The notes beneath the pieces are model-generated. The model saw nothing but the letters and a program-made list of their open reading frames with translations. It did no database searches and was not told where the DNA came from. DNA of 64,000 bases, from NCBI GenBank assembly GCA_937770485.1, contig CALJHX010000010.1, positions 33,901 through 97,900 on the forward strand, given 5' to 3'. Both the position numbers and the translations under genes were made by a program. Shown here one piece after another: positions 22,028 through 32,483 of the stretch (position 1 is its first letter; every line of letters begins with the position of its first letter). This stretch comes from an uncultured Verrucomicrobiae bacterium (lineage in GTDB: Bacteria > Verrucomicrobiota > Verrucomicrobiia > Limisphaerales > UBA1096).

Positions 22028-22175
22028 AGGTTCCCCGCTGGACTTCATTCCGTGGGTTTGTTTGTGTTTGTCTTGAACAAGGCAAAGTATTAAAACACCG
22101 ACAAAGTATCCCCCCATACCCTATGAGTTAGCTGGGAATCTCATCCGTTATCCACAGGAGGATTCTTGCCGAAAC

Positions 22176-23618
22176 ATGAAAAACACAGGTAGTAACACCA
22201 AGGGTGCCAAAGGCTCCCGCAAGAAAAAATCAATCAGTTTGGCAGCCACCGAGGCTGCTGCCATTCGGAACAAATACCTCCGCGCCTACGGAGAAACACC
22301 CCCTCCCGAGGGAACACCTGCCCCCGCCGATGAGGAGGCTGTGGAAAAACCCAAGGGAGACCCTGTGAACATGAGCCAGCTGCAGGCACTCGATATGCCT
22401 GAACTGAACAAGATGGCCAAAAAACGGGAAATTCCCAATTATGGCTCTCTGCAGAAACACGAGCTGATTTTCCAACTCCTGCAGCGCAATGCCGAACAAG
22501 CCGGCGTGCTTTACACCGAGGGCTGCCTCGAGATTTTGCCGGAGGGCTTCGGCTTTCTTCGATCCGAGAGTTTCAACTACTTGCCCTGCCCGGAGGATGT
22601 TTATGTTTCGCCGTCACAGATACGCCGGTTCGACCTGCAGACAGGCGACATCATCGCCGGCGAAATCCGGCGGCCGAAGGACAGGGAACGTTTCTTTGCC
22701 CTCGTCAAGGTGGCCTCCGTGGGTCACGAAGAACCGGAGATTGCCAAGGACAAGATTCATTTCGACAACCTCACGCCGCTCTTCCCTGACGAGCGCTTCA
22801 TCCTCGAAAACGACCCGGAGGAATATTCCACCCGTGTGATGGACCTGGTCTGCCCGATCGGCAAGGGCACTCGCGGGCTAATTGTCGCGCCGCCGCGAAC
22901 CGGCAAGACAGTGCTGATGCAGAACCTGGCCAACGCCGTTATCAAGAACAACCCCGATGTGTATTTGTTCATCCTGCTGATTGATGAACGCCCGGAGGAG
23001 GTCACCGACATGATGCGCACCTGCAAGGCAGCCGAGGTGGTCAGCTCCACCTTTGACGAGCCCCCCGAGCGCCACGTGCAGGTGGCCGAGATGGTCATCG
23101 AGAAGGCCAAGCGCATGGTCGAACACAAGCACGATGTGATGATCCTGCTCGACTCCATCACCCGGCTGGCCCGCGCCTATAACACCGTCCAGCCCCACTC
23201 CGGCAAAATTCTCTCCGGCGGCGTGGACGCCAACGCCCTGCACAAGCCCAAGCGCTTCTTCGGCGCGGCCCGGAACGTTGAGGAAGGCGGCTCGCTCACC
23301 ATCTGCGCCACCGCCCTGGTCGACACCGGCTCACGGATGGACGAGGTTATTTTCGAGGAATTCAAGGGCACCGGCAACATGGAGGTGCACCTCGACCGCT
23401 CGCTGGTCGATCGCCGCATCTTCCCCTCGATCAACGTCGAGTTGTCCGGCACCCGCAAGGAGGAACTCCTCTACCATCCGCAGGAACTGCCGCGCATCGT
23501 CACGCTGCGACGCGCACTCACCGGTGTTCCGCCGGTCGAGGGCATGGAACTGCTTCTCGGCAAGCTGAAAAAAACCGAGAACAACATCGAATTCCTCCTC
23601 AAGATGACAGTGGAATAA
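22176..23618 (+). CDS. rho: Transcription termination factor Rho
   Basis: [61 protein letters not shown]. Confidence 0.99.
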   Translation: MKNTGSNTKGAKGSRKKKSISLAATEAAAIRNKYLRAYGETPPPEGTPAPADEEAVEKPKGDPVNMSQLQALDMPELNKMAKKREIPNYGSLQKHELIFQLLQRNAEQAGVLYTEGCLEILPEGFGFLRSESFNYLPCPEDVYVSPSQIRRFDLQTGDIIAGEIRRPKDRERFFALVKVASVGHEEPEIAKDKIHFDNLTPLFPDERFILENDPEEYSTRVMDLVCPIGKGTRGLIVAPPRTGKTVLMQNLANAVIKNNPDVYLFILLIDERPEEVTDMMRTCKAAEVVSSTFDEPPERHVQVAEMVIEKAKRMVEHKHDVMILLDSITRLARAYNTVQPHSGKILSGGVDANALHKPKRFFGAARNVEEGGSLTICATALVDTGSRMDEVIFEEFKGTGNMEVHLDRSLVDRRIFPSINVELSGTRKEELLYHPQELPRIVTLRRALTGVPPVEGMELLLGKLKKTENNIEFLLKMTVE

Positions 23619-23636
23619 ACCGCTTGGCCAGACGCA

Positions 23637-25523
23637 TCACTGGATTCGACCGAATTTTTTTTCCAGCTCGAGGTAGTTCATCTCGATGATCGTCGGCCGC
23701 CCATGCGGGCAGGTGTACGGCATCTCACAGCGTCGCAGGTCGTCCACAAGATTCTGCAACTCCTCCTCCCGCAGCGTATCGTTTGCCTTCACCGCGTGGC
23801 GGCAGACGGTCTTGATGATCACATCCTCGCCAAGCCGCAGCGCATTCACGCCCTCGCCGGCGGCCTGCAACTTGTCTACCAACTCGAGGATGAACTTCCG
23901 CGAGTCCGTCGCCTTGACGAACGGCGGCAGCGCGTCGAGCAGAAAGGTTCGCTCGCCAAACTCGTTCAACCCGACGCCAAGCCGGTTGAGCGTCTCCATC
24001 ATCCCGCTGAGGAACTGCGCCTCCCTCGGCGGCAGCTCCACAGTCTCCGGCAGCAGCAGTTTCTGCGAGGCGGCATTGCCCTCTGACTCCATGCGCCGGA
24101 GCATCTGCTCGTACAGCACCCGCTCGTGTGCGGCGTGCTGATCCAGCAACACCAGCCCTTTATCGGACTCAAGCACCACATAAAGTTTACCGACCACGCC
24201 AACGAGACGCAGCGGCACGTGCAGCAACGGCACCGGCGCTCCAACCGCTTGGCCGAGGGGACTTGGCAACGACGTCGCCCGCACCGGGTCTTGTTGCGGC
24301 GCAATTGATTGTGCTTGCCCAAACGAGGCCGGCGACGACTCGTCGCCAAGCTCCTGCTGCGTTGGTATCTCCGACGGCGAAGTGGGCGTCACATCCACCG
24401 CCTCGTATGCCGGCGGAGCCACAGAGGCCGGTTTCCGGCTGTGAAATGCTAACAGCGTTTCCTGAACGGCCTGCGTGAGCAGTCGCCGTACATCCCGCTC
24501 GTGATGGAACTTCACCTCGCGCTTGGCCGGGTGGATGTTGACGTCCACCTCACCCGGATCGATCTCGATGAACAGGCAGCAGAGTGGGAATTGTCCCTTC
24601 ATCAGCGCGGTGTGGTAGCCCTCGATAAGGGCACGGTTAAGGCTGCGATTCTCGATCGGCCGGCGATTCACAAATAGGTGTTGGTTGGCCCGGGTCGAGC
24701 GCGACACACCCGGTGCGCCGATCAACCCCCAGGTGCGCATCGTCGTCTGGCCGTCCCATTGCAGGTCAATCCCGGGGTCGTCCGGGATCGCCTTGGCCAC
24801 GCGGTAGTCGCCGCTGGAATCGACGTTCAACAGGCTTATACCATCGCCGTTCAGCGCCGCCATGCGCTCGCGCACGGCGGTGAGGTGCGATGCCGGGGTG
24901 TCGTCCACCCTGCACGGCGGCAGCTCCCACACCTTGCGCTGGTCGCTTGTGAACACAAACCCCACCGCCGGGTTGGCCAACGCCGCCAGCGTCAGAAAAT
25001 GCTGGATGTGGCTGCGCTCAGTCTCCGGTGTGCGCAGGAACTTGCGCCGCGCCGGCAGGTTATAAAACAGCGAGCGCACTTCGATCGTCGTGCCGCCGGC
25101 GTGGCCGGCCGATTCCACCGCGCGAATCTTTCCGGCGTGAATGTCGATGCGCGTCCCCTCGCCCGTCTCGTTGCCGCTCGCGAGCGTGGTGAGTGCCATC
25201 CGGCTCACGCTGGCAATGCTGGGGATCGCCTCCCCGCGAAAGCCCATCGTGGTGATCGAGGCGAGGTCCTCCACCACTTGAATCTTGCTGGTCGCGTGCC
25301 GCTCAAGGCAAAGCAGCGCATCGTCACGGTTCATGCCGGAACCGTTATCGGCGACTCGGATGAGGCTACGGCCACCGGCCTGGATATCCACGCTGATGCG
25401 TGTGGGCCCGGCGTCGAGGGCGTTCTCGACCAGTTCCTTCACCACGCTGGCCGGTCGCTCCACCACCTCGCCGGCGGCGATCTGGTTGGCGACAATTTCT
25501 GGTAGGAGACGGACGGAACCCAT
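23637..25523 (-). CDS. mutL: DNA mismatch repair protein MutL
   Basis: IAAGEVVERPASVVKELVENALDAG, GFRGEA, DVNIHPAK, DQHAAHER endonuclease motif, CPHGRP. Confidence 0.99.
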   Translation of the reverse strand: MGSVRLLPEIVANQIAAGEVVERPASVVKELVENALDAGPTRISVDIQAGGRSLIRVADNGSGMNRDDALLCLERHATSKIQVVEDLASITTMGFRGEAIPSIASVSRMALTTLASGNETGEGTRIDIHAGKIRAVESAGHAGGTTIEVRSLFYNLPARRKFLRTPETERSHIQHFLTLAALANPAVGFVFTSDQRKVWELPPCRVDDTPASHLTAVRERMAALNGDGISLLNVDSSGDYRVAKAIPDDPGIDLQWDGQTTMRTWGLIGAPGVSRSTRANQHLFVNRRPIENRSLNRALIEGYHTALMKGQFPLCCLFIEIDPGEVDVNIHPAKREVKFHHERDVRRLLTQAVQETLLAFHSRKPASVAPPAYEAVDVTPTSPSEIPTQQELGDESSPASFGQAQSIAPQQDPVRATSLPSPLGQAVGAPVPLLHVPLRLVGVVGKLYVVLESDKGLVLLDQHAAHERVLYEQMLRRMESEGNAASQKLLLPETVELPPREAQFLSGMMETLNRLGVGLNEFGERTFLLDALPPFVKATDSRKFILELVDKLQAAGEGVNALRLGEDVIIKTVCRHAVKANDTLREEELQNLVDDLRRCEMPYTCPHGRPTIIEMNYLELEKKFGRIQ

Positions 25524-25664
25524 GCTACACCGCCACTCTACGGGCAGCGCTTGGCCGCCCCAAGCGTTTTTGCTTTCAAAGACAGGGGTCGCAGATTGGT
25601 ATGATTAAAGGAAAGCACTCAGCCGATGTTCAATTCGAACTTAAAAGCTGACAACTTTAAAAAC

Positions 25665-27056
25665 TCAGCGCTTGGCCAAGCTGGCCAACTTTACGACCTG
25701 GTCGAGGTAGCGCTGGACGCTGTCACGCGGGCGCTTGGCCTGGGCCGACTTGAGTAGCGGCACCGCCTTTTCATACTGGCTGCGGCGCACCAAAAACTGC
25801 GCGTGGTTGATCTTCGCCCGCACCTCGAAATCGTCCAGTTGCTCGGCGCGCTGGTAGAACAACTCGGCCTTCTCGACGGCGTCGTTGCGCCCGTAATAGT
25901 CGGCCAAAAGCAGCAGCGACTCGCCATCCAGCGGATCCCTGTCAATGATCTGCTCGAGCGTCTTGATGGCCTTGGCTTCCTCGCCGTTGGCCAACTGCAC
26001 GCGGGCTTCGAGTTGCAGGATTTTCAACCGGTCGGATTCGTTGAACTGGTCTTTGTGGATCGAGCGTATCTGCGCGAGCAGCGAGTTGCCGCGATCAAAT
26101 TCCCCAACAGAGATGAGAATGTCCGCCGCGCGAATCGACGGGGCAACTTCCCTGCCCTTGTCTGCCGCAGCGGCATCGCGGTACGCCGCGAAGGCGAGGT
26201 CGTACGTGCCTTCGTTGATGTAAATATCGGCGAGTTGATTGAGCACCTTGGCGTCGGCCTTGCCCATGCGGCGGACAACCTCGTAGTTGGTGGCGGCTTT
26301 TTTGGATTGAGCCAAGCCAAGATAGGCGTTGGCCTGATGCAGCCAGTAGTCGGCGTTGTCCGGCTTTGCCTGGATCAGCTCGCCGAACAGCGTCACGCAC
26401 TCGCCATACTTCTGCTGCTGCAACTCGCACTGGGCGATGCCGAGTTTCCAGTCTAGCTTGTCCGGTGAGAAAAGGGAGGCCTTGCGATAGGCCGCCTCGG
26501 CCGAGAGATATTTCTCGCCGATCAAGTGGCAGTAGCCGATGAGGCCATAAATGTTGCCGTCCTCACCGCCGAGCTCGAGCGTGCGCACCAGTTCCTTTTG
26601 CGCCTCCAAATGCTGGTTTAGCTGGATCAGTACCACGCCAAGGTTCATGTGGGCGCGCTGGAAGTCAGGGAACTTTATGATTGCCTGCCGGTATTGCACC
26701 ACCGCCTTGGGGTAGTCGTTCGCCTGCACGTACAGGTTGGCCAAGGTGAAGTCCAGCGCCGCGCTCGACTCGGGAGTGATGGCCTCGATCAACATGACAA
26801 TGGCCTGGGTGGGGTCGGCTTGAATCTGCGGGATCAACTTGTCGAACAGCTCTTTTTCTTCAGCGTTGATCTTCGGTTCCACCTCGGACTTGACGCCGTA
26901 GCTGGCCATGAACTTGTTAATAAACTCGGGGTCTTTCCAAAACTGCCTCGTCGAGGCAAAGCTGGGTTGCGCCTGGCCAAGCGAAGGTGCAAGTAGCCCA
27001 AGCGCCAGTAACAAACCAAGCGCACCGAGTCCTTTTTTGTTCGTGGGTTTCATCAT
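25665..27056 (-). CDS. Exported tetratricopeptide repeat protein (TtpD-like, last gene of TonB operon)
   Basis: Signal peptide; multiple TPR helices; overlaps the tonB stop. Confidence 0.85.
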   Translation of the reverse strand: MMKPTNKKGLGALGLLLALGLLAPSLGQAQPSFASTRQFWKDPEFINKFMASYGVKSEVEPKINAEEKELFDKLIPQIQADPTQAIVMLIEAITPESSAALDFTLANLYVQANDYPKAVVQYRQAIIKFPDFQRAHMNLGVVLIQLNQHLEAQKELVRTLELGGEDGNIYGLIGYCHLIGEKYLSAEAAYRKASLFSPDKLDWKLGIAQCELQQQKYGECVTLFGELIQAKPDNADYWLHQANAYLGLAQSKKAATNYEVVRRMGKADAKVLNQLADIYINEGTYDLAFAAYRDAAAADKGREVAPSIRAADILISVGEFDRGNSLLAQIRSIHKDQFNESDRLKILQLEARVQLANGEEAKAIKTLEQIIDRDPLDGESLLLLADYYGRNDAVEKAELFYQRAEQLDDFEVRAKINHAQFLVRRSQYEKAVPLLKSAQAKRPRDSVQRYLDQVVKLASLAKR

Positions 27057-27703
27057 TGCTTTCCGAAATAGAAGGGTTGAATTTTCCTGACGGCGACCTT
27101 TCTACCGTCTTTCATAGCCGGGCTGAATTTCCATTTCCGGATCACCCGAGTCACTTCCCGCTTGAATTCGTTGTGAGTAAACCGACGCACCTGATGATCC
27201 GTCACCCGGCCCTCCTCATCAATCACGATCGACAGATCCACCCTGCCTGAGACACGGTTCAACAGCAGCTTGGGGGGGTATTGCGGCAGGATCCGCACCA
27301 GCAGACGCGGCTCGCGATCCACTTCCGAGAGGTCAAATATTTTCATCTCCGCGATGGCATCGGTTGACACTTTCGGGTTCAAGCCGGCGTAGATGCCGAC
27401 GCCGCCCGCGCCGGGATTAAGCGCGAGCTCGAGCTGGCTCAGGGTCAGCATCTGCTGCTCCTCCTGCAGCTCCGGTTTTTCCTCTTCTTCCTCCTCCTCG
27501 GGAGGCGGAGGAGGTGGCGGCGGAGGTGGTGGTGGTGGTGGAAGGGATACGTCCACCTTGACGAGAAGGTTTTTCGGGTTCGATCCGGAAAGTTTCTGCG
27601 TAAAAGGCAGGATCAGGAACAGGAGCAGCGAGATCAGCAGACCACCGGTCAAACCCCACAGGACTCCTGTGTTCCTTGTCTCAACCTGAAAAACCTTTCG
27701 CAT
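27053..27703 (-). CDS. tonB: Energy transducer TonB
   Basis: N-terminal TM, poly-Pro/Glu linker, PQYP...GRVDLSIVIDEEGRV...WKFSPAMKDGRKV C-domain. Confidence 0.92.
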   Translation of the reverse strand: MRKVFQVETRNTGVLWGLTGGLLISLLLFLILPFTQKLSGSNPKNLLVKVDVSLPPPPPPPPPPPPPPEEEEEEEKPELQEEQQMLTLSQLELALNPGAGGVGIYAGLNPKVSTDAIAEMKIFDLSEVDREPRLLVRILPQYPPKLLLNRVSGRVDLSIVIDEEGRVTDHQVRRFTHNEFKREVTRVIRKWKFSPAMKDGRKVAVRKIQPFYFGKQ

Positions 27704-27712
27704 GACGTGTGG

Positions 27713-28117
27713 CTACGGCAAATCGGCGGAGAGGCTGATACTCTTGGCACCACCGAGCTTGGATTCATCGATCACCCTCACCACCAAACCGGCGTTGGCA
27801 CCCTCATCCACCTGGATGATAACCGGCATGTCCTCCTTGGTGGTCAGTCGACGGACGATCGCCCTCACGCCGTTCACTCCGATCTCCTTGCCGCCGTACA
27901 CCACCTGCCCCTTGGTGGTCACGGCGATGAGAATGCTGTTTTTGTCTAGCTGCATCGCGGAGGCCGCCTCCGGCTTCTCGACCTCAACGCCGGTTTCCTC
28001 GACAAACACGGTGGTGACGATGAAGAAAATCAGCAGGATAAACACCATGTCGATCAGCGGCGAGATGTTGATGTCCATGGCCTCGTCGGCCCCCATGATG
28101 GATCGGCGTCCCCTCAC
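27713..28117 (-). CDS. exbD: Biopolymer transporter ExbD
   Basis: [21 protein letters not shown]. Confidence 0.95.
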   Translation of the reverse strand: MRGRRSIMGADEAMDINISPLIDMVFILLIFFIVTTVFVEETGVEVEKPEAASAMQLDKNSILIAVTTKGQVVYGGKEIGVNGVRAIVRRLTTKEDMPVIIQVDEGANAGLVVRVIDESKLGGAKSISLSADLP

Positions 28118-28716
28118 GATCCCACCGCCTTTCGTTTGAACTGTTGCAGGGTCAAGCTTTCCAGCCGAACAAGAAACGCCTCGTACTCATCCTTGCGGCG
28201 CTTGATGGCGTAGGCCATGAAGTAGCCCGGCACGGCAATCAGCAGGCCCATCTCGGTGGTGATCAGCGCCTCGGAAATCCCGCTGGCCACCACGTCCACC
28301 AGCTTGCCGCCGCCCACCGAGAGGCCCTTGAACGTCACTAGCATGCCCATCACGGTTCCCAGCAACCCCAGAAGCGGTGCCATGGCCAAGAGGGTATTCA
28401 GAAAAACCAAACGCCGCTCGAAAAACGGCAGCCGGGAGGCGAACACCTCGGAGAAACGACTGTACACTTCGTCCAGCTTCCCCACTTCGTCCTGCGTGTA
28501 ACGGATGATCTCGCCCACTTCCCCCTCGCTCTTCCCGGGTGTCCGCACCCAGTCGATCACCGTTTCATCGTCGAGATGCTTGTATCCGCGCTGCCGGAAG
28601 TTCAACAGCAGGCTCGTGGCCACGGTGTAAATCAACAGCGCCACCAACAGCAACGGCAACATCACCACCCCGCCGGATTGCCATGTTTCAACGATGTACT
28701 CGAGAGTGTCGGCCAT
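28114..28716 (-). CDS. exbB: MotA/TolQ/ExbB proton channel (short ExbB)
   Basis: [26 protein letters not shown]. Confidence 0.92.
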   Translation of the reverse strand: MADTLEYIVETWQSGGVVMLPLLLVALLIYTVATSLLLNFRQRGYKHLDDETVIDWVRTPGKSEGEVGEIIRYTQDEVGKLDEVYSRFSEVFASRLPFFERRLVFLNTLLAMAPLLGLLGTVMGMLVTFKGLSVGGGKLVDVVASGISEALITTEMGLLIAVPGYFMAYAIKRRKDEYEAFLVRLESLTLQQFKRKAVGS

Positions 28717-28725
28717 CTATCAAAG

Positions 28726-30108
28726 TCAGTTCTTTACCGTCAAGCCGTTTATGAAACCGACCGCTGTCTGCTCCATGCTGGCCAGGATGCCCTTGGACTT
28801 GCGCGATAGCAGCGCAAACAGCAGCAGACATGGCACGGCGATGATCAGGCCGTACTCAGTGGTCACCAACGCCTCCGAAATGCCGGATGACAGGCGCTTC
28901 GGATCGCCGGTGCCGAAGACTGTGATCAACTTAAAAGTGTTGATCATACCGGTCACCGTACCGAGCAGGCCAAGCAGCGGCGACGTCGCCGCCACCAGCG
29001 AGATGAACTGCAGCATGCTCTCCAGCTTCGGCTTGGCATGCAGCATTTTCTCATAGAGAATTTCCTCGATCATTTCCTTGCTCTCCCCGGTGCTTTGAAT
29101 CGCCGTCTCCAGCAGTTCGCCGGCGGGGCCCTTGATGCGCTTGGCCAGGGCCAGGGCTGAGGCCGAGTCGTTGTCGTTCACCCGGTCAAGGATCGATTGC
29201 AAATCGCCGGAACGCACCTGCTGTAGCCTGGCCAACTGCATCCACTTGATCAGCGCGACCAGGGCGGCCGCCAGGCCAAGCGCGAGCAGCGGCCAGATTA
29301 CCACACCGCCCTTGTTGATGTGCTCCCACCACGTTTCCTCCACCTGCTTGATCTTGAGCGCGTTGCCCATCGTCGAGTCGAACGGCAACTGGCCGGTGCC
29401 GCTGCCAGTGACAGCAACGATCCCCGCCTGATAATCCGGGCCAATGTCGACAAGCGTCGCGTCTGTCGAGCCGCGCAACTGCTCGGCCAAGCCGGCCTTG
29501 CCGTCGTTTCCCGCGAACACCACCAGCGGGCCGATCACGGCAAACTTGCCCCGCTCAGCGACGCCCTCTGCGTTTAGCGCCGTGCCTTCGTAAATATGTC
29601 CGCCCAAGAGGTTACCCAACCGGTCGAGCCCCGCCTGCACGACGATAAGCTGCTTGGTGAACACCGACTCGGCCGGGCTGGATGGATTATCATTGGTCTC
29701 ACGAGCCGTCCTGACGATGGCTTGGTACTGCTCCTTCTCGCTGGCATGGATGCGCGTTTCAAAACGCCGAATGTACTCCTCAAGCAGCGTCTTGCGCAGG
29801 TAGTCGTTTTGATCTGTGAACCCCTTCTCCTCCGCCTTGAGCTTGCCCATGTCCACCGACTTGCGGTCCTGCAGGCGCTTGGCCTCCGTGTCCTCACGCC
29901 GCTTGGCAATGACCTCGCTCTCGAGCGTGTTCAACTCGCGGGCCAGCGGGATTTTTTCATCAGCTATTTTTTTCTCCAGCGCGCTCAACTCGGCCAACGC
30001 CTTGTCCAGGTCCGACTTGGCCGAAGCCGCCGCCGCCTCAAAAGTCTGCGCTTGGCCAAGCGCAACTGAGCAAAGAAGCAAGATGGCCAGTGTGAATTGT
30101 CTTATCAT
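28726..30108 (-). CDS. Long MotA/TolQ/ExbB protein with periplasmic coiled-coil domain (TtpC-like)
   Basis: Signal peptide, coiled coil, C-terminal [17 protein letters not shown]...GISEALVTT. Confidence 0.9.
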   Translation of the reverse strand: MIRQFTLAILLLCSVALGQAQTFEAAAASAKSDLDKALAELSALEKKIADEKIPLARELNTLESEVIAKRREDTEAKRLQDRKSVDMGKLKAEEKGFTDQNDYLRKTLLEEYIRRFETRIHASEKEQYQAIVRTARETNDNPSSPAESVFTKQLIVVQAGLDRLGNLLGGHIYEGTALNAEGVAERGKFAVIGPLVVFAGNDGKAGLAEQLRGSTDATLVDIGPDYQAGIVAVTGSGTGQLPFDSTMGNALKIKQVEETWWEHINKGGVVIWPLLALGLAAALVALIKWMQLARLQQVRSGDLQSILDRVNDNDSASALALAKRIKGPAGELLETAIQSTGESKEMIEEILYEKMLHAKPKLESMLQFISLVAATSPLLGLLGTVTGMINTFKLITVFGTGDPKRLSSGISEALVTTEYGLIIAVPCLLLFALLSRKSKGILASMEQTAVGFINGLTVKN

Positions 30109-30117
30109 CCTGATTCC

Positions 30118-30894
30118 CTACTTGATGTTCACCGGGACCGGGACAAATTCCGCGCTCCGCTCGTTCTCGTAAATATCGATGACCTTGCGAATCGTCGAGC
30201 CAAGCTCGGGCTTCTCCTCCCACGTCCAGTCCGTCTCACCCGGCACTCCGACACCGGCAAACGAGCCTCCCTGATCCGCATAATAGGCATGCCCAAGCCC
30301 GAGGTAGAGCGCCTGCACCTGCCGATCTTTCCCTTCAGCATCCTTCCGCACCTCGATCGCCAGTGTGATGGCAGAGTTGAATCGATCCGCCTCATTGAGC
30401 ATAGCCACCACGTTCTGCATTCGCTCAGCGGCGGATCGGCCGCGAAGATCCTTCTTCTCCAGCGGGATGCGTGAGCGGACGTTAGAAGTGCGATCCTTCA
30501 GCGGATCGGGGAAAAGAGCCATCAGCGCCAGCGCCTGACGCTCCATCCCCCACAGGGCGGCGTCCACCACCTTGTTGGCCTTTTTCAAATCCTCCAGGCT
30601 CAGGGTGATCCGTTTTTTCTCGGCATCGGACTCCGAATCCACCTGCTCACTTTTCTCGATCGCCTCCTTGAGCAGGTCAATTTCCCTCTGCAACAGGCCA
30701 ACCGTCTGGCCGATACTTTCCCGCTCCACACGCCAGTCGGCATCCCTCCTGGCGATGAGTTGTCGCGTCTGCACCCATTTCTCAATGTGGGTGCGGGCTT
30801 CCACGAACTTGGAGCCCTGAGCGAAGACGGATCCTGATGTCAGGCAAAATGCAAGCGATGCTGACAAAAGTGCCCCAAACGTTAGGCGATTCAT
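30118..30894 (-). CDS. DUF3450 family periplasmic protein (TtpB-like)
   Basis: Signal peptide, coiled coil, LYLGLGHAYY; first gene of a TtpC-type TonB operon. Confidence 0.8.
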   Translation of the reverse strand: MNRLTFGALLSASLAFCLTSGSVFAQGSKFVEARTHIEKWVQTRQLIARRDADWRVERESIGQTVGLLQREIDLLKEAIEKSEQVDSESDAEKKRITLSLEDLKKANKVVDAALWGMERQALALMALFPDPLKDRTSNVRSRIPLEKKDLRGRSAAERMQNVVAMLNEADRFNSAITLAIEVRKDAEGKDRQVQALYLGLGHAYYADQGGSFAGVGVPGETDWTWEEKPELGSTIRKVIDIYENERSAEFVPVPVNIK

Positions 30895-31207
30895 ATTTTG
30901 TACTGGATCTGGTTACCAGAAATCAACGCCAAAAGAATGGCAAGGAGCGCTTAATGGCTCAGCCGGTAAAGTGGCGCGCAGGTGAAACTGGCAAAACACT
31001 TCAACGGACGCAAGGCCCAATAACAGGAAAACAAAAAAATGAGCGGGACGTGAATGGGACAACCCGATAACCAAGAATCGGACGCAAATTATATTATATA
31101 ATCCGGCAAGAATTAAACTTTAAATTCTTGTCTCAACCAGAAACCGAGAACCGGGCAAAGAAAAACCCCGGCAATGAAAGGCGATGGTTTATTCGAAAGC
31201 TCCGAAA

Positions 31208-32080
31208 TCAAATCGGCTTGTATTTCTTGTGGCGGTATCGCTCGTGTACCCACCTAAAATCGATGTTCTTCGCGGTACCTCCTGACCAATAAAAACTATT
31301 TTTCCCCTGTGAAGAATCACGGCCGGCCTTGAGTGTGGCTGCATCTTTCCAGGTGTGGTTCACGGCATGGCCATCGGCAAAACTGAATGAACTGTCGTTC
31401 CCATGTGCCACGGCAAACGGATCCACCCAGCCGGTCGGGACGTTGATCACCCAGGTGCCCAGATTTTCATTGCGTGGATCCTGTTCCTCAACAAAGACCA
31501 TCGACATAGCTGTGTTACGAATTTCAGTCATCTTTGTGAAATAAGGCTGTGAGCCACCCGTTGCACTCGATCCCTGCCATCCGCCTCCGTTCATCGGGTT
31601 CGCCTTGGAGTAACTCACCCAAGCCCAGAGGTTCAAGTTGCGACCCTGCTTAGCGCGTTGATCTCCCGGGCAGTGATACACCCCCGCGCTGGGACAATAC
31701 TGCCACATCGGACTGGCCATCAACCCGGCTTTTGCACCCTCTTCTTTTTTCTGAAGGGCACTCGCTCCCTTGGAATAACCATCTTTCGGGCGCATAGCAC
31801 CCCTCCAAAAACCACCGCGCCCCATCCCGGCACTGGGGATGATATCGCCCTTCAAATTGGCTGGGCTCATCACCGGAGACGACTCCTTGTGGTCATCAGA
31901 AAACATCACGAAGCCCAGCCCCAACTGCTTCTGGTTGTTCAAGCAGTTGGCACCAAGAGCCTTGCCCTTGGCCTTGCCCAAAGCTGGTAACAGCATCCCC
32001 GCTAAAATGGCGATGATGGCAATCACCACCAGCAACTCAATCAGCGTAAACGCTTTTGAATACGTATAATTTGTTTTCAT
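31208..32080 (-). CDS. Prepilin-type N-terminal cleavage/methylation protein with H-X9-DG motif
   Basis: A|FTLIELL...; YHCPGD; [12 protein letters not shown]. Confidence 0.92.
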   Translation of the reverse strand: MKTNYTYSKAFTLIELLVVIAIIAILAGMLLPALGKAKGKALGANCLNNQKQLGLGFVMFSDDHKESSPVMSPANLKGDIIPSAGMGRGGFWRGAMRPKDGYSKGASALQKKEEGAKAGLMASPMWQYCPSAGVYHCPGDQRAKQGRNLNLWAWVSYSKANPMNGGGWQGSSATGGSQPYFTKMTEIRNTAMSMVFVEEQDPRNENLGTWVINVPTGWVDPFAVAHGNDSSFSFADGHAVNHTWKDAATLKAGRDSSQGKNSFYWSGGTAKNIDFRWVHERYRHKKYKPI

Positions 32081-32343
32081 TTAAAAAAGGTAGAAGAAAA
32101 GAATACCTACATGACCAAGCGTGACAAGCCCTTTCCCCTCCCCTTGGCCAAGTACATGTGCGTTCCATCCCCGCCGCACGCGATTGGCAAAGCGTTCTCA
32201 ACATTTATGGGGTATCGGTTTTCGAGGCACCCTCTTGGATCACGGTTCTATGCACCCCTTTATATAGGGTTCTTGAATCCGTTTCCCCTTTTTAAAGCAG
32301 CAGGAATCGCATCACTCCACGGCGCTTGGGCGCGCTTGGCCAA

Positions 32344-32414
32344 CCGCTAATCAAAGCCACTTTGAACTAAGGAGTCTGTCTACTGTCTTTGACTGCGGGC
32401 TGCAAATCGCGCTC
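32344..32414 (+). repeat. Decayed copy of the 5' end of the ASPIC/UnbV gene at 62375-62444
   Basis: ccgctaatcaaagccactttgaactaaggagtctgtctactg...gggctgcaaatcgcgctc aligns collinearly with ccgATGagcaaagccactttgagttggggcgtctgtctactg...gggctgcaatcgcgctc. Confidence 0.85.
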
Positions 32415-32419
32415 GACAC

Positions 32420-32451
32420 AAAAAAGAGGCCGGGCACTTGGCCCGGCCTCT
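32420..32451 (-). terminator. Intrinsic terminator of giant surface-protein gene copy 1
   Basis: Stem agaggccgggc/gcccggcctct with U-tract on the minus strand. Confidence 0.85.
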
Positions 32452-32483
32452 GGTGTGTGTTCTCTTTTGGTTATTCAACCAAA

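Noticed and set aside
20333-22117. 594-aa minus-strand ORF (also 4979-6166, 14926-15888, 2029-2844, 48737-49651)
   Set aside because: Shadow ORFs overlapping well-supported genes, expected in GC-rich DNA; no recognisable motifs.
27480-27545. GGT/GGA/TCC trinucleotide runs as a contingency repeat
   Set aside because: Encodes the normal poly-Pro/Glu spacer of TonB with mixed codons.
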